Source: Oculina patagonica
Lineage: Eukaryota
DNA: 64,000 nucleotides
Assembly: GCF_052425735.1 (NCBI RefSeq)
Contig: NC_135769.1
Span: forward strand, 23,312,001 to 23,376,000
Reading direction: 5' to 3'
The notes under the pieces are model-generated. The model was given only the letters and a program-made list of their open reading frames with translations, was not told where the DNA came from and searched no databases. The position numbers were made by a program, and so were the translations under genes. Shown here in pieces: positions 50,701-64,000 of the stretch (position 1 is the first letter of the stretch; each line of letters starts with the position of its first letter).

Positions 50701-53700
50701 TTACGATCTCTGGGTAATTTCATTTCCCTTGACGATACCAAAAATTTGGATTTCACTGTGTAAGGTTTATTTCATTTTTACCTTTGAATGTGTCGGTATA
50801 TCAAAATTGATCACAACATCAACATGCGGTATGTCCAGTCCTCTGCTCGCCACATCTGTAGCGATCAGAATCGATCGGTCCTTAGACTTGAACTTGTTTA
50901 GAGCGCCAAGTCTTTTTGACTGAAAAGAGATAATAAAATTGTGTATCTAAACCAGAACCTGAAAGGGAGACGCAGTTGCCTAATGGTTAGTGCGTGGGAA
51001 TCAGAGTGAATTGTCCGAGTTCAAGCTCAGCCTCCCTAGGATTTTGGGAAGGACAGGGGGTATTCTGACTGTGATTTTCAAATGCCAAAACCTAACTTGT
51101 GGAGCTTGTTCCCCCTGCATTACTATCTTATTTCTGTCTCTTTTCCTTCACCATTCTTTCCACAAACGAGGGAATTTCGTTTAGTATTCCATGTACGACA
51201 CGTTGAAGTGCATCGTGTTCCTGTGAAAATTTGGTAAAGATAGCTGCCCGTAACGAAGCGAATGCATCACAGGTTTGACCATATTAATGCAAGGGTAAAT
51301 CAATTTTATAACTGTATTAATGGCGAGAAAACGCAGTAAAAAACCACCAGTCAGTGTTTCATTAACTTCATGAAGTGATTTCTTCTTTGCTCAGGGATAG
51401 GAATTCCCATACAGGTCCAGATCTCAAATTAAGGTTACGTTGTAAGAAATCTTCAATTTTAAGCCAGGCGGCAACGATTTGCCTGTGAATCAAGCTAGGC
51501 GGCCCACCGGGTCTTGAATACCTAGGGAGAACACTGCTGCCGGAGTCATTGTGCCACAGATAACCAAAATAATCAACAAGGAATTCTTGTTCTCTGGTGT
51601 ATCACCAATTTATCATAACTGCTATCAAAAGATACATGCGCCAAAGAAGTGGGAGAAGAATTTATATTTTGAGTTTATGGCCTGCAAGGATTGTTGCTTA
51701 GGGATGCTGAACAGTAACTGTATTAAGCAATATTCCTGAAGAACTCAATTGCAAGAACAGGTTGAAGTTCAGCAAAAGTGAGCTCTTCAGATTGTTGTTT
51801 TGATTTTCCTCACACATTAGAACGCCACAAGTTGAAGGAACAAGACTTGAGCCGAGTACCTGGTGAGGATTAATCTGTGGGTACATAGAGCGGTTTTCAC
51901 TCGAGTGTCGAAAATACAATTGCGTTTGCTTTGGTTTTGCGTTCACTACGCTTAGTGATTGGCTTAAAAATCTCGCGCCACTTTCTCAGCCAATCAGAAG
52001 TAAAACCAAAACCAATCGTGACTCCCTCCCACGTGCGCCGTTTTCTTGCTGGCTGGCACAAGCTGGCATAATTTCAAGCTTTGTTTAATTTGAGTCGAGA
52101 CGCTTCGAAAATGTTTTTGAGCTTTATAACGACAAAATGCTTGAAGGACTGAAAGGGAAAGCAAATTTTCAGTCTTCTCAGCTAGATGAAGAGGAATTAG
52201 AGAAACTCGAAGAAGAATCCAGGCGGTGAAGTGAATGTAAGTTTGTCTTCGTCGAGCGAAACTCGCTCAGTTGAATTTCAGGCATATTCCAAACTGCCAG
52301 TTCAGTTAACAGCACAAGTAATTTTAACACTTCTAAAAGACGACTATTTCTTTGCTGCCGATAGAATTTTGTAATTTCCTTTTCAAGCAAAGATCGTTTT
52401 GAGTAATTTTGCGGTTTTCTGTCGAGTTTTGTAAACTTTTAAACCTAGTTTTCAATCAGAAATAAAACGCCAACTCGCAATGGCAGTGTTCAAGTAATCG
52501 CTTAATACTGTTTTTGATTCCTTAACTTAATGCCCTCTGAAATGATTATAATAGTAATAGAGTTGATGTTCTTAGGCGTAAATATGTTTTTGGCCCTTCT
52601 CAGAGCTCATTTCTAAAATGAGCCTGAGTCAGGCCAAAAACATATTTACACCCGCGAACATCAACTCTATTGTTATATTACTTCCATCACTCAAGTGAAA
52701 ACCACTCAATTAGCAAGAAGTGTACTGTAAAGTGAAATATTGTTTTACCTGAGTCATTTGTCCGTGAAGAGGAACAGCTTGCAGACCGAGATTTCTTAAC
52801 ATTAATGTTACCCTGTAAAATCAAAAGTACTGGTAAACGAGTGTTAACTGTGGTTCTGGAAGGGGTATTGAGAATGGGGGTTGAAGAAAATGTCACAGGT
52901 CAAAACAATTCATAAGAGACAGACCACAAACAAGGATTAGGTTAAAACTGTAAGTACCTCTGCACATTATTACATGTGCCACAAAACACCATGAAGGTAT
53001 TTCCAGCCAGTTCATTAAGAACAGACACAAGGTAACAGTCCTGTGCAAAAAGAAAATGACAAATTGATTTCTGTAATAGTTTCCAAGAATCTGTAGTGCT
53101 GCATTGCATCTTAGTGAAGCATGGCATCTTATTTTCTGCATAAAGAGCATTTTTCACTTACCGGTAAGTGTTCAAAGTTATTTGCATTTGAGCGTGCTAA
53201 TGTTTAACGAACTCATTTTACTCTAATGAAGGTGGACAGAGGCCACCGAAAATTTAGTGTTTAAAAGTAAGATCGGATGAATCATTCAAGTGAAATTAAG
53301 TCTACCGATCGCCACAGACAAAGTGTACACACTGCTTACCTTAAATTTGTTTGGGATAAATAAATAACTCTGTTGTAACTTGTCTACTGTTGTATACCTG
53401 ACATGAGAAAAAAAAAATATCAGAGTCTGACATGTTGTTACTGGAACTTTGAGATATTTTGACAACTTCCAAAAAAAATTGTTATACACTCACTTTGTTG
53501 AGACCTCAACTTTGACAGGATTTTGTAAAGATGCTCTTTGAAGTTTTTGAACCTGTGACAGAACGAGTTAAAATGAGAAATCAATGTTAAGCTGATGATT
53601 TTACAAACACGTTGTTTGGTTACTTCTTGTAACAATACAAGCTTAAGTTTAAAACTACATGTATGATAACAAGCAAAAGAGAAGGCAAACTTCATACAAT

Positions 53701-56700
53701 AGTTGATAATACTCATACATGTGACTGTATAGACCACAAGTTTTGAGGGCAGCCAGCAAACAACTAGACGTGAGTGTGATATTTTAAGTGAGAATTCTGC
53801 AGGATTAGAACTAAAAGATGTTAATGGTAACGTACACTACATAATACAGCTTTGTCATGTTTTTGATATGCGTGTCAAGATACTACTGGTACTATTTGAC
53901 ATTGTATCAAGACTATCAGACTGTTTACAGTCCACTATTTTCCCCTGAAGTCGAAGAGATTGATCATTGAGTTTGAGCGGCCGCCATCTTTTTTGTGAGC
54001 GAAAACTGGGGAGGGTGCAAAACGCACTCTATAAACACCCCACACCCCTCCCCGTGGGCTTTTTGCAATCTCCCCAGTTTTCAGCGGCCCGTCGAACTCA
54101 ACAATCGATCTTAAGACTTCATGGAGAAAAGGGGACTGTGATGATTGACAGCAAATTACTGGCAGCTCAGTTCCCAATAAAAACGTGCAATGTGCAGCTT
54201 TCAGGTCACAGCCTTTATTAGTACATTTGGGGGCCGAAATACACATACAAAGGGCACTTGTTACCTTTTTGGTCATAGTTGCAGAGTATAAATATGTTCG
54301 TCTTTCTTTAGGAATGATCTTTAATATCTTGTCAACCTTATATTTAGCAAAGGAAAAGAACAGTGAAGTGAGTTTGTGTTAAAAAAGATAGAATACTAAG
54401 TTTTATGTCCAATACATCTACTACATTATTTTTATTCTATTTACAGGGGCATGTCAGAATTTAATGAAAACATGTTCCCTGGGCTCATGACAATATTCCA
54501 TGCAAAGATGATTCCAAGAAGTTGTAAAATGGCATTAATTAAGGCTGGAACAGTTCAAGATATACTAAATTTAATAAATTTTGATTCCAACAAACCTCTT
54601 TTTCAAAATCAAGATTCAATATTCTATCAGCTTCATCCATAATCTATGGAGAAACAAAATTAAGAAAATATATATTAAACACAAGGTAAAGTTTTTGTTT
54701 GGCAGATTCTTACACACATACAACATTCAATGAAAAAAAAATGAAAAATAAACAGCATTTACCCACCAAATATTTCAATGTTCTGAGGTTGAATCCTTTT
54801 GTGTTTTCCAAGTGATCTATAAGCCTTCCTGGTGATGCTAAAAGAAGAAAAAAATGGACTCTGTCAAGAGTACATTCTTTCATGATTGTGAAAAATTCTC
54901 TCTGCACACAATGCAGTCAGGATGAAAATGAGTCTTTACGATCTGGCCTTACTACATATTTCAATGTTATATGTTTCAATACACTGTACTCTGAGAGGTG
55001 CGGTAGCCCAATGGTCAGCACTTTGGACTCTAGGCGGTCTGGGTTCGAGCCCTGACCGGGGGTTATTGTGTTGTGTTCTTGGGCAAGACACTTTACTCCA
55101 TATTGCCTCTCTCCACTCAGGGCCGGGTTGTTCGAAGGGCGATTAACGTTAACCCAGGATTAAAAGATGATGAAGGTTTTAATTACTCTGACTTGTTTTA
55201 AAAGTTTTCTATAGCTAAAGTTTTGTGACGTTTGAGTTTGGTCCACGTCAAAACTGGGGGATTAAATATATTTAACAGAAAACCTTAACGAAAAGTTATA
55301 AAATTGAAATGAAATATCAGGCTAATCCTGGATTAGCTTAATCGTGCTTTGAACAACCGAGCCCAGGTGTATAAATGGTTACCAGCACACTTAATCTGGG
55401 GGTAACCCTGCAATCGACTATCATCCCATCCAGGGGGAGTAGAAATACTCCTAGTCGCTTCATGCTACAATTTAAACCAAAATAAGAGTCCAGCCTGTAT
55501 GGGCCACTAGGCTTTACTCACTCCCAACCTACTCTGTTACATGTACCTTTACTTACCTATTATAATATGTGGTTTCTTTGCCAACATGAGTGCTTGTGAC
55601 ATCATATCTATTCCACCAACTATAACAGCTGTAGACAGCAATGAATGAAACTGAGCATAATTTTGCAGAGAATGCATTGATGTACCTTTGCTTAGTAAGT
55701 ATCAGATTGAGCAAAGATCACAATGCTAGAAGACAACCTGACCAGAATGTTATTTCAAAGTTGTTTTCAAATTTCAAACCAGATGTGACAGTCATTTTGA
55801 GCTCCTTTCATTCAGAGTGGTAATGGAGATTTGCATGATGCAAAATTTGAGCAAAAATTACTGTCTGACTTGTGAACTAAAACTGACAATGTCAAAAGAC
55901 TGATCAATCTTGTGTGCAGATGTATTCTTTTGGCTTGATTTATGCATTTCAGGGCCTTCTCATACTGTTCATGCGCTTACTTGAGAGAATACCAGTATGT
56001 CTTTCTACTAGGCTATTAAAAGATAAGCATCGTGCAGATTAACAAAAAAGCTCATTTTCCTTTATGATTTTAAGGAAAAATAGGCTTGATGTGTGATTCA
56101 TGATTGAAATCAGGTGGTAAAGAGCTACAAAAAATAAAAAGATTAATAACAAATTAACATGCTTACCACATTTGACTCCAATATTTGAACCTAATGCCTC
56201 AAACTGTTCAGAAATCTGAAATGCCAGTTCCCTGAAAGCAGAGATGTAAATTTAATTATTTTGTAATCAAAACTTAGCAATTGAACGACATCAAAATGTT
56301 AATAGTACATGTGGCCGTAACGGTTGTTCCATTTTATATCCCTCCCAATTGATCAGGTATGTAGAAATGTACCTAAAAAGAAAAAAATCGAAGTGCCAAT
56401 ATCCCCCTTCAGAAATAGCCCGGTTTTTCAAAACCGCTTCAGAGCAAAGCCAACTTTTCCATAACCCCTTCAAATATATTTGAAAGATCAAAGAGTTTGA
56501 TAGAGCTACCCCCTCAGAAATGACTTGCAAAGATCTTTCAGAAACTCTTATCTATGGGGGGGGGATATAAAATGGAATTGCCCTGTGTTGCAGTTTTAAT
56601 TTAATGACAAACCTTGTTGGTGTAAGAATAAGTGCATATAGTCTTTGTGGATTTTCAAGTAGTGTCTGAAGAACTGGTAGTGCAAATGCTCCTGTCTTTC

Positions 56701-58260
56701 CTGAGCCTGTTTCTGCTAAACCAATGATATCTTTGCCTGCAAATAAAATTATTTAAACTATCAACACTATTCGTACCAAACTTAAATTTTAATTCAAGTA
56801 CATTAAGTTTTTCAATGTTAGCCCTTTATGGTTCATTTACATGTCGGTACAGATATTATTTCCATCTTCAGCAAGGATTTTAAAAGTGCGCGACACACTC
56901 ACAAATGATCATAGTTGGCATGTTTAAACTGGCATTCAGATGTCATTGACTTATTTTAGGTTTGAAAAGCAAAAGACCTTGCCGCAGACTTCTAAAACAT
57001 CACTTATCTTCAGCATGGGTTGTTTATGTTACGAAATGCATCCAGGAATTCCATACATGCCAACATGTGTTTAAATAGACATCTCAATTTGTGTGCTAAT
57101 TATGTCCCTGCATGCTTGATTTGATGTCAGGGATTCCACCCAAAAAATACTAGCTGTATGGCATAAATTGCAGTGTTTCAGTAACTCTAATTGGAAGATC
57201 CACAGCCCAGGGGGGTACTCCAGCTTGCAAATGACGGGGATGATCGAATAGAGGCAAAACTCAGGACCCAAAAAAATCCATAAGTCTTCCGACATTACCC
57301 AAAAAAATCCCTGGACCAAAAAATAACCCCCTAAAAAATCCCTTGTCAAATTACCCCTAAATTGCCAGAAGGGGCATCATACCATAAGCCGCGCCAAGGC
57401 ACTTTAGTTTGTTTTAATACCCAAAAAAATCCCCTATTCAAATCAAGTCACCCAAAAAAATACTTGCCAAATTTTTTAACCCAAAAAAAACCCGGAATCG
57501 AAAATTTCAAACCCAAAAAAATCCTTCGATCATCCCCGTCATTTACAAGCCGGAGTACTCCCCCTGGGATCCACAGTACTGCACTTAAACAAGCAAGTGC
57601 CGTAAAAAGAAGTCTGAGACACTACATGGATCTCTTTCGCACTCCATAATGAATGTGGAATGCTGACATCTCTTGAGCAGGGAAGGACTAGGCATGTGCT
57701 TTGTAATAAACTATAATCTTAATTAAGATGTTTTGTCTAATCTCAGTCCCAGAAAAATAGTTGACGCAAATTTGTCAGCTACACGTACTCATCTAGTGCT
57801 GAAGTTTCCAGTAACTTAAAACAAGGAACCTCAAAATAATACCTAGCAGGAAAACATGTACAGCTGTGGTTCCAAAACAAAGGAAGTTTTTACACCGAGG
57901 TAAACCCAAAATTTCAATTTATTCACAACCAGATTGCGTTTCAACATACTAAGAAGAAAGCACTTACAATCTGCAGCCTTAGTGCACTAATTTTTTGCTG
58001 ATCTCATTTGAAACACCACTACTCCTCACCTTGTAACGCCACCGGAATAGCTTCCTTTTGAATTTTTGTTGGCGACTTCCAACCAAGTTGCTGACACGCT
58101 TCACAAAGAACATCTACAACACCCTAATAAAACAAATAAACATTTCATTATGTAGCTTCATTCCAAACATAAAGAATGCTAATATAAACTTATTACTTTC
58201 CCTTACCAAGGATTTAAAAGTTACTTCTTCACTCTCAACTTCTTCTCCGACGGTCGCCAT
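47756..58260 (-). CDS. DDX47: DEAD-box RNA helicase DDX47/RRP3 (443 aa, 16 exons)
   Basis: Exons 58260-58207, 58123-58030, 56736-56613, 56231-56167, 55628-55557, 54837-54767, 54643-54596, 54336-54265, 53552-53494, 53397-53340, 53040-52958, 52812-52749, 50919-50782, 49511-49441, 48574-48445, 47884-47756 total 1332 nt. Motifs [46 protein letters not shown]. Confidence 0.95.
48858..49198. mobile_element. Kolobok-like MITE
   Basis: TTAA flanks; AG-start TIR containing TTCCAGTCCGTACTGCGCA. Confidence 0.78.
49686..50080. repeat. imperfect tandem duplication of about 200 bp (DDX47 intron)
   Basis: GTTACTGCTTTAAAT..TTTTCTAACAACACCAAACA..TTTTCTCAGACTCTGATAAGAAATTGTTGT occurs twice. Confidence 0.8.
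50397..50561. mobile_element. TAG-terminated MITE (Academ-like)
   Basis: TAGCCTG(T/C)GAGCAGGCTCAC TIRs; 9-bp TSD CGTTCAAAC. Confidence 0.85.
54993..55556 (+). mobile_element. SINE interrupted by a MITE (about 55119-55365)
   Basis: The SINE core ...CTCTCCACTCAGG resumes as CCCAGGTGTATAAATGG after the insertion GGGCCGGGTTGTTC...GAACAACCGAGCCC. Confidence 0.75.
57206..57568. mobile_element. MITE, CCCAGGGG termini, 8-bp TSD ATCCACAG
   Basis: Same family as 40886-41203, in the opposite orientation. Confidence 0.88.
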
Positions 58261-58507
58261 TTTGAAAGTTTCTACACGTGATCGAACAGCTGTGTAACCA
58301 GGCCATGTAACCAGGCTAAATCAGTGAAGTCATGGAAACGGCTCAAAATGGCGGCCCATATGTTTGTTGTGGATCTTCTTTTCCCTTTCCGTCTGCGTTA
58401 AATTCTCAAGCTTAGAAATTATCTGCCCATTTTAACTTGTAAATTAATGGAGAAGGGACAAGTCGTTCCTATTTGGTAGCTTTGTGAGGTGTCTGTGGCT
58501 AATTATC
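58261..58507. promoter_or_regulatory. bidirectional promoter between DDX47 and the downstream gene
   Basis: Divergent ATGs about 250-290 bp apart. YY1-like CAAAATGGCGGC at about 58344, CACGTG at about 58275, and a duplicated TGTAACCAGG. Confidence 0.6.
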
Positions 58508-61500
58508 ATGTCTTCACCAAGGGCGCGAACGCGAAGCCGCGAAACCAAGATGTCCGACAACAAACCAGTGATCGGCCTTCGTCCCATCAAGGAAAGGAAC
58601 AAACGATCAGAAGCTATGATCGAAGAACAGGTAAAATGTCTTTAACGATTATCAAGTTGTATGCCTTAGGAATGTCAGTTTTCAGAATTGGTAAATAAAT
58701 TATTTAATAATTTCTGATCTTTAATCCGGAAATTGGCTGCCTATCAGATTTCAACTTCGAATGATTTGGGCGCGAAATCAAACGAAAAGTCAGAAATTCG
58801 GAAAGCGAAAATACGTAGATTGAATTGTGCTTCTTAATTATTTGATTGAAATAAAATAATAAATAAATTACCGGCACTACGGTACTACTGTACATGTACA
58901 TTAGTATTGTATTCAGTCTCGTCTAGTAAAATTTGCTTATACATGTACGTAAGCTTATATTGTAATATTGTATATTGTAACACACTGCTATATATTTTTG
59001 CACAGTTGAAAAAGGCCTCGATTGGTGTTATCCACATCCATTCAGCTATTGGTTTCAGCTGATAACAAATTAACCTTGGCCTTGACAATCAACCTCATGC
59101 AATATTAGTTGGTAAAAATTTTCATGATTAGTAAAATAATATTAACTCTCTCCTCTCTCACGTAAAAGAGGGGGGTGAATAAGGGTGCGCAAATCCGCTG
59201 ATCTGTTCAATTTTTTGGCCAAATCTGTTAATCTGCCACTATTCTCATTCAGATCCGAATACGCATCACTTGAAAACTTTGTGTGGGATAGTTGCACTGT
59301 AATGGACAGTACATGTAGATGTTGTTTTTATGCCGAATTTTAAAAAAGTTTCATTTCATTGCTTGTTTTCGGTACAAAAGTGACCCACACTTTGTCTGGT
59401 ATCCACAATCTGAACTTACCGACATAGCAAGTCCAGAATCCGGGCGAAATTTCTCAGTTAATCCGCGAATCCGTTCAATATTAATATTGCAAAAATCCAC
59501 AATCCGTTTGTTTTTTAAGGCCAAATCCGTCGATCTGTGAACCTATTCATCCCCCTCCTAAAACGATATTTTTTAACTGAAGTGGTTACAAGCGAAGTGT
59601 TCTAATTTGCTTCTCAATGTAGATTTTATTCATGAGGAAAACTCAAAGTGCTTTACAGAAAACCTTAGAAAACCTTGAAAAGGCTATAACAGAGGTAAGA
59701 ATCAAACTCTTACTTGAAATTAAAGATTTAAAATGCTCAAGAAAGTTTGGTTTTATTCTAGACCAAATTTTAGCTGCCTCACCTGACGTAGTTTTATTTC
59801 CCAAGACAGAATTCTCTCAAAGGTGTGGATAACCAGAGGTTAGAATTCAAGAGATCTTGAGGGGTGGGCAGAGTTCAGGATCTGTTAAATTTTTGCCCTG
59901 GTTAGTGTGGAGCCCCATAGTTTTGCTGCTAAATATTATTTTGCCACAGAGTGGAGAGCTCTAATCACAATTCCCTGTAGAATCAAGAGCCCAATTTTTT
60001 TTTTTTTTTTTTTTTTTTTGGGGGGGGGGGGGAGGGAAGGGACAGGAGAAAAAGCAGCTGACAATACTGCATTGTTACTAAATGTATAAAGAATGCCTTA
60101 ATTAAGTGGCTTTAAATAACAACGTTAATAAACTTTCGAAAATTCTCTAGAATTGTGTGTTAATTGCAAACATAAGAAAAACTTGTCTAGGAAGTTAAGG
60201 TTGACCAGCAAGCTATTTATATCAGTATAACAGAGGAGATAAACTCCAGTCTTCCCTGTTTTAAAGCCAGCAATTGAATGGACAGTTCTCACGTTTAAGC
60301 CCAGAAAATCCATATATGCATCAGTTTCTCTGCTGTCTCTGGCTTTGTTTGTTAGATCTTTAATGTCCATGTCATTTCTTTATAGGATGATATGCAAAAG
60401 AGTGAAGAGGAGTTACAGCTACTTTTCAGCAAAAGTGAAGAACTTCTTATAATAGTCCAGGTACTTACAGTTGTTAAGTAACTAAACAAGAAAGTGTGTT
60501 GAACTTCTTGACACACACTCACACACTCACTCAGGTCCTTAGCCCAGCGTGGAGCATAACCCCGAATAAGCGCCGCAGTCCCCATGCGGTGCTTATTTCA
60601 AGAGTTTCGCTTAACTTAAAATGGCACTTCAAAGCAATTCAAAAACAAGCTTGAACATTTCTTTGCATCAAAAGCGATGTTTTGCGGTTATAAGTGATTG
60701 TTTTATCTCATCTCCCATTAGTTTTCTATTCAACACTCTTACAATATGTAGTTCTGCAAATGCTGTGAAGGCCCCAAAATTTGCCATGACAGCTAGCACC
60801 ACTTCTGTCTCAGAAAGAGACAAATACTGACAATCAAAGATAAGATTCTTTGTGGCATCCAAATTTTAAATAAGCGCCGCCCTCAAATAAGAGCCGCCCT
60901 CGAATAAGCACCGCACTTGAGGCGCGGAAAATTTAATAAGCGCCGCAGCGCTTATTCGAGTAAATACAGTATGCCTCTCCATCTGCTTCTGTGCTGGGCC
61001 AGCCTTTCTAGTGTGGTCCAAGTGTGGCCCCAACTCATCATTAAAGCCTCCACACCCCTTTGCCCTGAGTTTGTGTCCATGAGCCACTGCTCAAAACAAG
61101 GGATTTTGTGTCAGAGTGAAAGAAAAATCACTTAACTTAAGTGTCAAAGTATCTACTGTAGCACTGTCATACTTATTGTGGATACTGTAAATAAGCAAAC
61201 AAACATTGTAAATGGAACTGACAGAAACTTGTTAAAAATGTCAACTGGCAGAAAGCTGACCATTTGGTCATTTACAAAGAATAGTGGAGTTGACTTTGAG
61301 ACTACTAAACACAAATCCATCTGATAGCAGGGAGGAGGATTTGAACCTGGGACCTCCAGATTGCAAGTGTAGTGCCCGGGGGGGGGGGGCACTCCCATAT
61401 ATGAGCTATATAGGTATGTGCCGCTGTGAAGGGTATGGTTTTCAAGGAGTTTAGTCTGGGATAGGGTATAGAAATCAGAGAGTTTTGGTCTAGAATAGGG

Positions 61501-62321
61501 TATCATTTTCCGAGAAACTGATCAGTGGTATGAAGAATTAAGTCCAGAATAGGAATAGAAACTCGGAAGAGAAAGAGGCTTCCATAGACGTGAATAAAAT
61601 CATTGTGACGTTGGTTGACAGATAATTTTACAAAGCCTTTAAATAATGTAACATTAACATGCAGATACCAAAATGAAAGATGGGCCCTGCAGTACATTTG
61701 TGTTGAATGTTTTACAATGTATAGGTGATAAGAATGTACTTCTTTCACTTGTAGGTTTTAATGAAAATTCGAAATGAGCTTGCTCATGGACGGCTGGACC
61801 TGGAGCGGGCTATAAAAACAAACTCTGGGGTAAGATTAATTAATAATCGATAGTATGGACAGGCAAATGTTTTGGCTTATTGTCGTCACATGTGACATAC
61901 AATGTACATCTGTAGAACTTTCAGTATACATAATAAAATATTAATCCATCAAAACGACAAACAACTACTTGGCATTGATTTTTTTATCCATATGAGACAC
62001 TAATTTATTTGAATGACACTTTATTTTTGGCATCATTTGCTATTAGAAACTGTGAAATTGTTTAACATTTCATTCACACCTCTGCTAATGAACACCTCCC
62101 ATAAGAGAACACCTTTCTTATGCCACACACAAAACTGTTGTTTTAACTTCACATAAGTTTGAAGTACAGGCTTTAAGAAAAGCATTTTAAACTCTTTAAT
62201 TTATACACAGATTGATGCAGCCAAAAAGAGAGTAAAATGGCTACAAGACAGATTGGAAAAAGTTCTGCTTACTGCAAGAAGCTACTGTCATTTGTATAAC
62301 AGAACTTTACTAAGAAGCAAG
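58508..62321 (+). CDS. unidentified coiled-coil protein, 5' part (continues beyond the last recognised exon)
   Basis: Exons 58508(or 58550)-58630, 59623-59694, 60386-60460, 61755-61829, 62211-62321, all GT-AG and phase 0. Open reading: MSDNKPVIGLRPIKERNKRSEAMIEEQ ILFMRKTQSALQKTLENLEKAITE DDMQKSEEELQLLFSKSEELLIIVQ VLMKIRNELAHGRLDLERAIKTNSG IDAAKKRVKWLQDRLEKVLLTARSYCHLYNRTLLRSK. Confidence 0.7.
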
Positions 62322-62979
62322 GTAAGGGTTTTTTTTTTAAAAAATGAGCCTCTCTATGGGTATTTCTAGCGGAATCGAAGATGCTAAGATCACCACGGAA
62401 AAAAACAAGATATCAAGATTGAAGTGACGATCTGAAATCGACCAAAATTGGCATGATCATCATCAAATTTAACACTACAAATAACAATATAAAACTGTCA
62501 AAACTCGTAAACACTACAAACCAAATATATCTGTGTTTTTTTTAGTTTTGGCATTTGACTGTATTTCACAAAAATACAAACCAATCAAAGTTAATAAAAT
62601 TGTGAAGAAAACGAAGACCGTGGGTACCCATAGAGAGGCTCAAATTCCACGATAATATTTTTTTCTTAAAAAATGGCTGCATGGACACAATTGAGACATT
62701 TGCATGGGAATGTACAAAATTCCACTTAGAAGTTGTCATCAAAGAGTTTTCACTAGAACACACACACTTATCTCATTTTCACCCAACTTGCTCAAGATGA
62801 TGACCAATTTTATTTTACACACTTCTACATTTTGGCAACAGAAAACTGGTTTGCAAACTTTACAGTGCTTTATGCTTTAATCAAACTGAGTTTAAGAACT
62901 GTGGGAGGTGAAGTTGTCAATTTCCACCCTCACTCCTTGCATTTTGTTCAGCCTTAGTTAACAGAAGCCACCAGAAAGT

Positions 62980-63650
62980 TATATTAAAATTTTAAATTAA
63001 AAAAATTTAATATTAAATTTATTTTTAAAAATTAATTTACTTTAAAAATTTAAATAAAATTAATTTAACTAAATTAAAAAAAATTTAATCATGGGAAAAA
63101 CTTACAACATTTGTATATTTTCTTTTTAACCAGATACACCTAAGATTCAAGTTTGTGTGAAAAGTACTCAATACTTTTTTAAAAATTTTTTAATTGAATT
63201 TCACTTTTTTTAATTTAAACTTTTTAATTAAATTTAAATTGAATTTAAATTAATAAAATTTTAATTTAACTAAAAATATTTAAATTCAATAAAAAATAAT
63301 TTTATTAATTTATTTTTAATAATATTTTAAATTATACTTAATATTTTATTTCATTTTAATCAGAATTAAATTAATAATTTTTAATTTAAATTTAACTTAA
63401 AAATAAAAATTTAATTTAATTTATATCTTAATTTAAATTAATTTCAAATTTAATGAATTTAATGTAATATTAACTTAATAAAAGTTAATTTTAATTTTAA
63501 TTTAAAATTAATAACAATATCTAAATTTAAATTCAATTTATTTTGAATTAAATTTAACTTTAATTCAAATTAATTAAAAAATTAATTAAATTTAAATTAA
63601 AACTAAATTAAAATAATTAAATAAAACAATTAAATTAAAAAAATTGATTT
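62980..63650. repeat. extremely AT-rich low-complexity tract
   Basis: Almost exclusively A/T (AATTTAAATT-like units), apart from a short island near 63090-63170. Confidence 0.9.
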
Positions 63651-64000
63651 TCAAAGTTTCATAGGTTTGGTCGCTCATCGGAAATTGGCTGATGTCTGAT
63701 GAAATCCCAAAAAAATCTCTTAGACCAAAATCTCTCAGACCACAATTTTGTCTTGTACGACCAGGATGGTGTCTTAGTAGGACAAATGTCGTTTCAAGTG
63801 AGAAAAAAAAAAATGATTTGCAGCCCTGTTGGCTCCATTTGAACTTACCGTAGCCTAATTTACATTTTGCCACATTTAAACTCATCACCAGGAGATGAGC
63901 TTGGGGAAGGTGCCTTTGATAATGGTTCAAAGCCTTCACCCTTAAGGGTGCTTAGAGCTAGAAACGAACTGCACAACCACTCCTAGGTGAGTTTTAAAGC

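Overview
Intron-rich, repeat-rich eukaryotic DNA. The repeat families look cnidarian or stony-coral-like, but that is inference. Most entries in the ORF track are spurious, so I reconstructed the genes by hand from GT-AG junctions. In order: (1) the 5' four coding exons of an indoleamine 2,3-dioxygenase (IDO)-family gene on the minus strand, absent from the ORF track, with a nearly intact Mag-like Ty3/Gypsy LTR retrotransposon downstream of its last visible exon; (2) a secreted-type SOUL/HEBP2 heme-binding protein gene (-) with a dense D-box/E-box cluster upstream; (3) a divergently transcribed peroxisomal hydroxyacid oxidase (HAO)-like gene (+) whose catalytic His is replaced by Thr; (4) ARMC7 (-); (5) a Rab24-like GTPase (+); (6) DDX47/RRP3 (-); (7) an unidentified coiled-coil gene (+) that runs off the window. 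Between and inside these genes are many MITEs, SINEs, LINE 3' fragments, a solo LTR, a Pack-MULE-like element and an inverted pair of THAP-domain relics. The best candidate for an undescribed system is a possibly light/clock-regulated IDO-SOUL-HAO(H->T) heme/redox neighbourhood.
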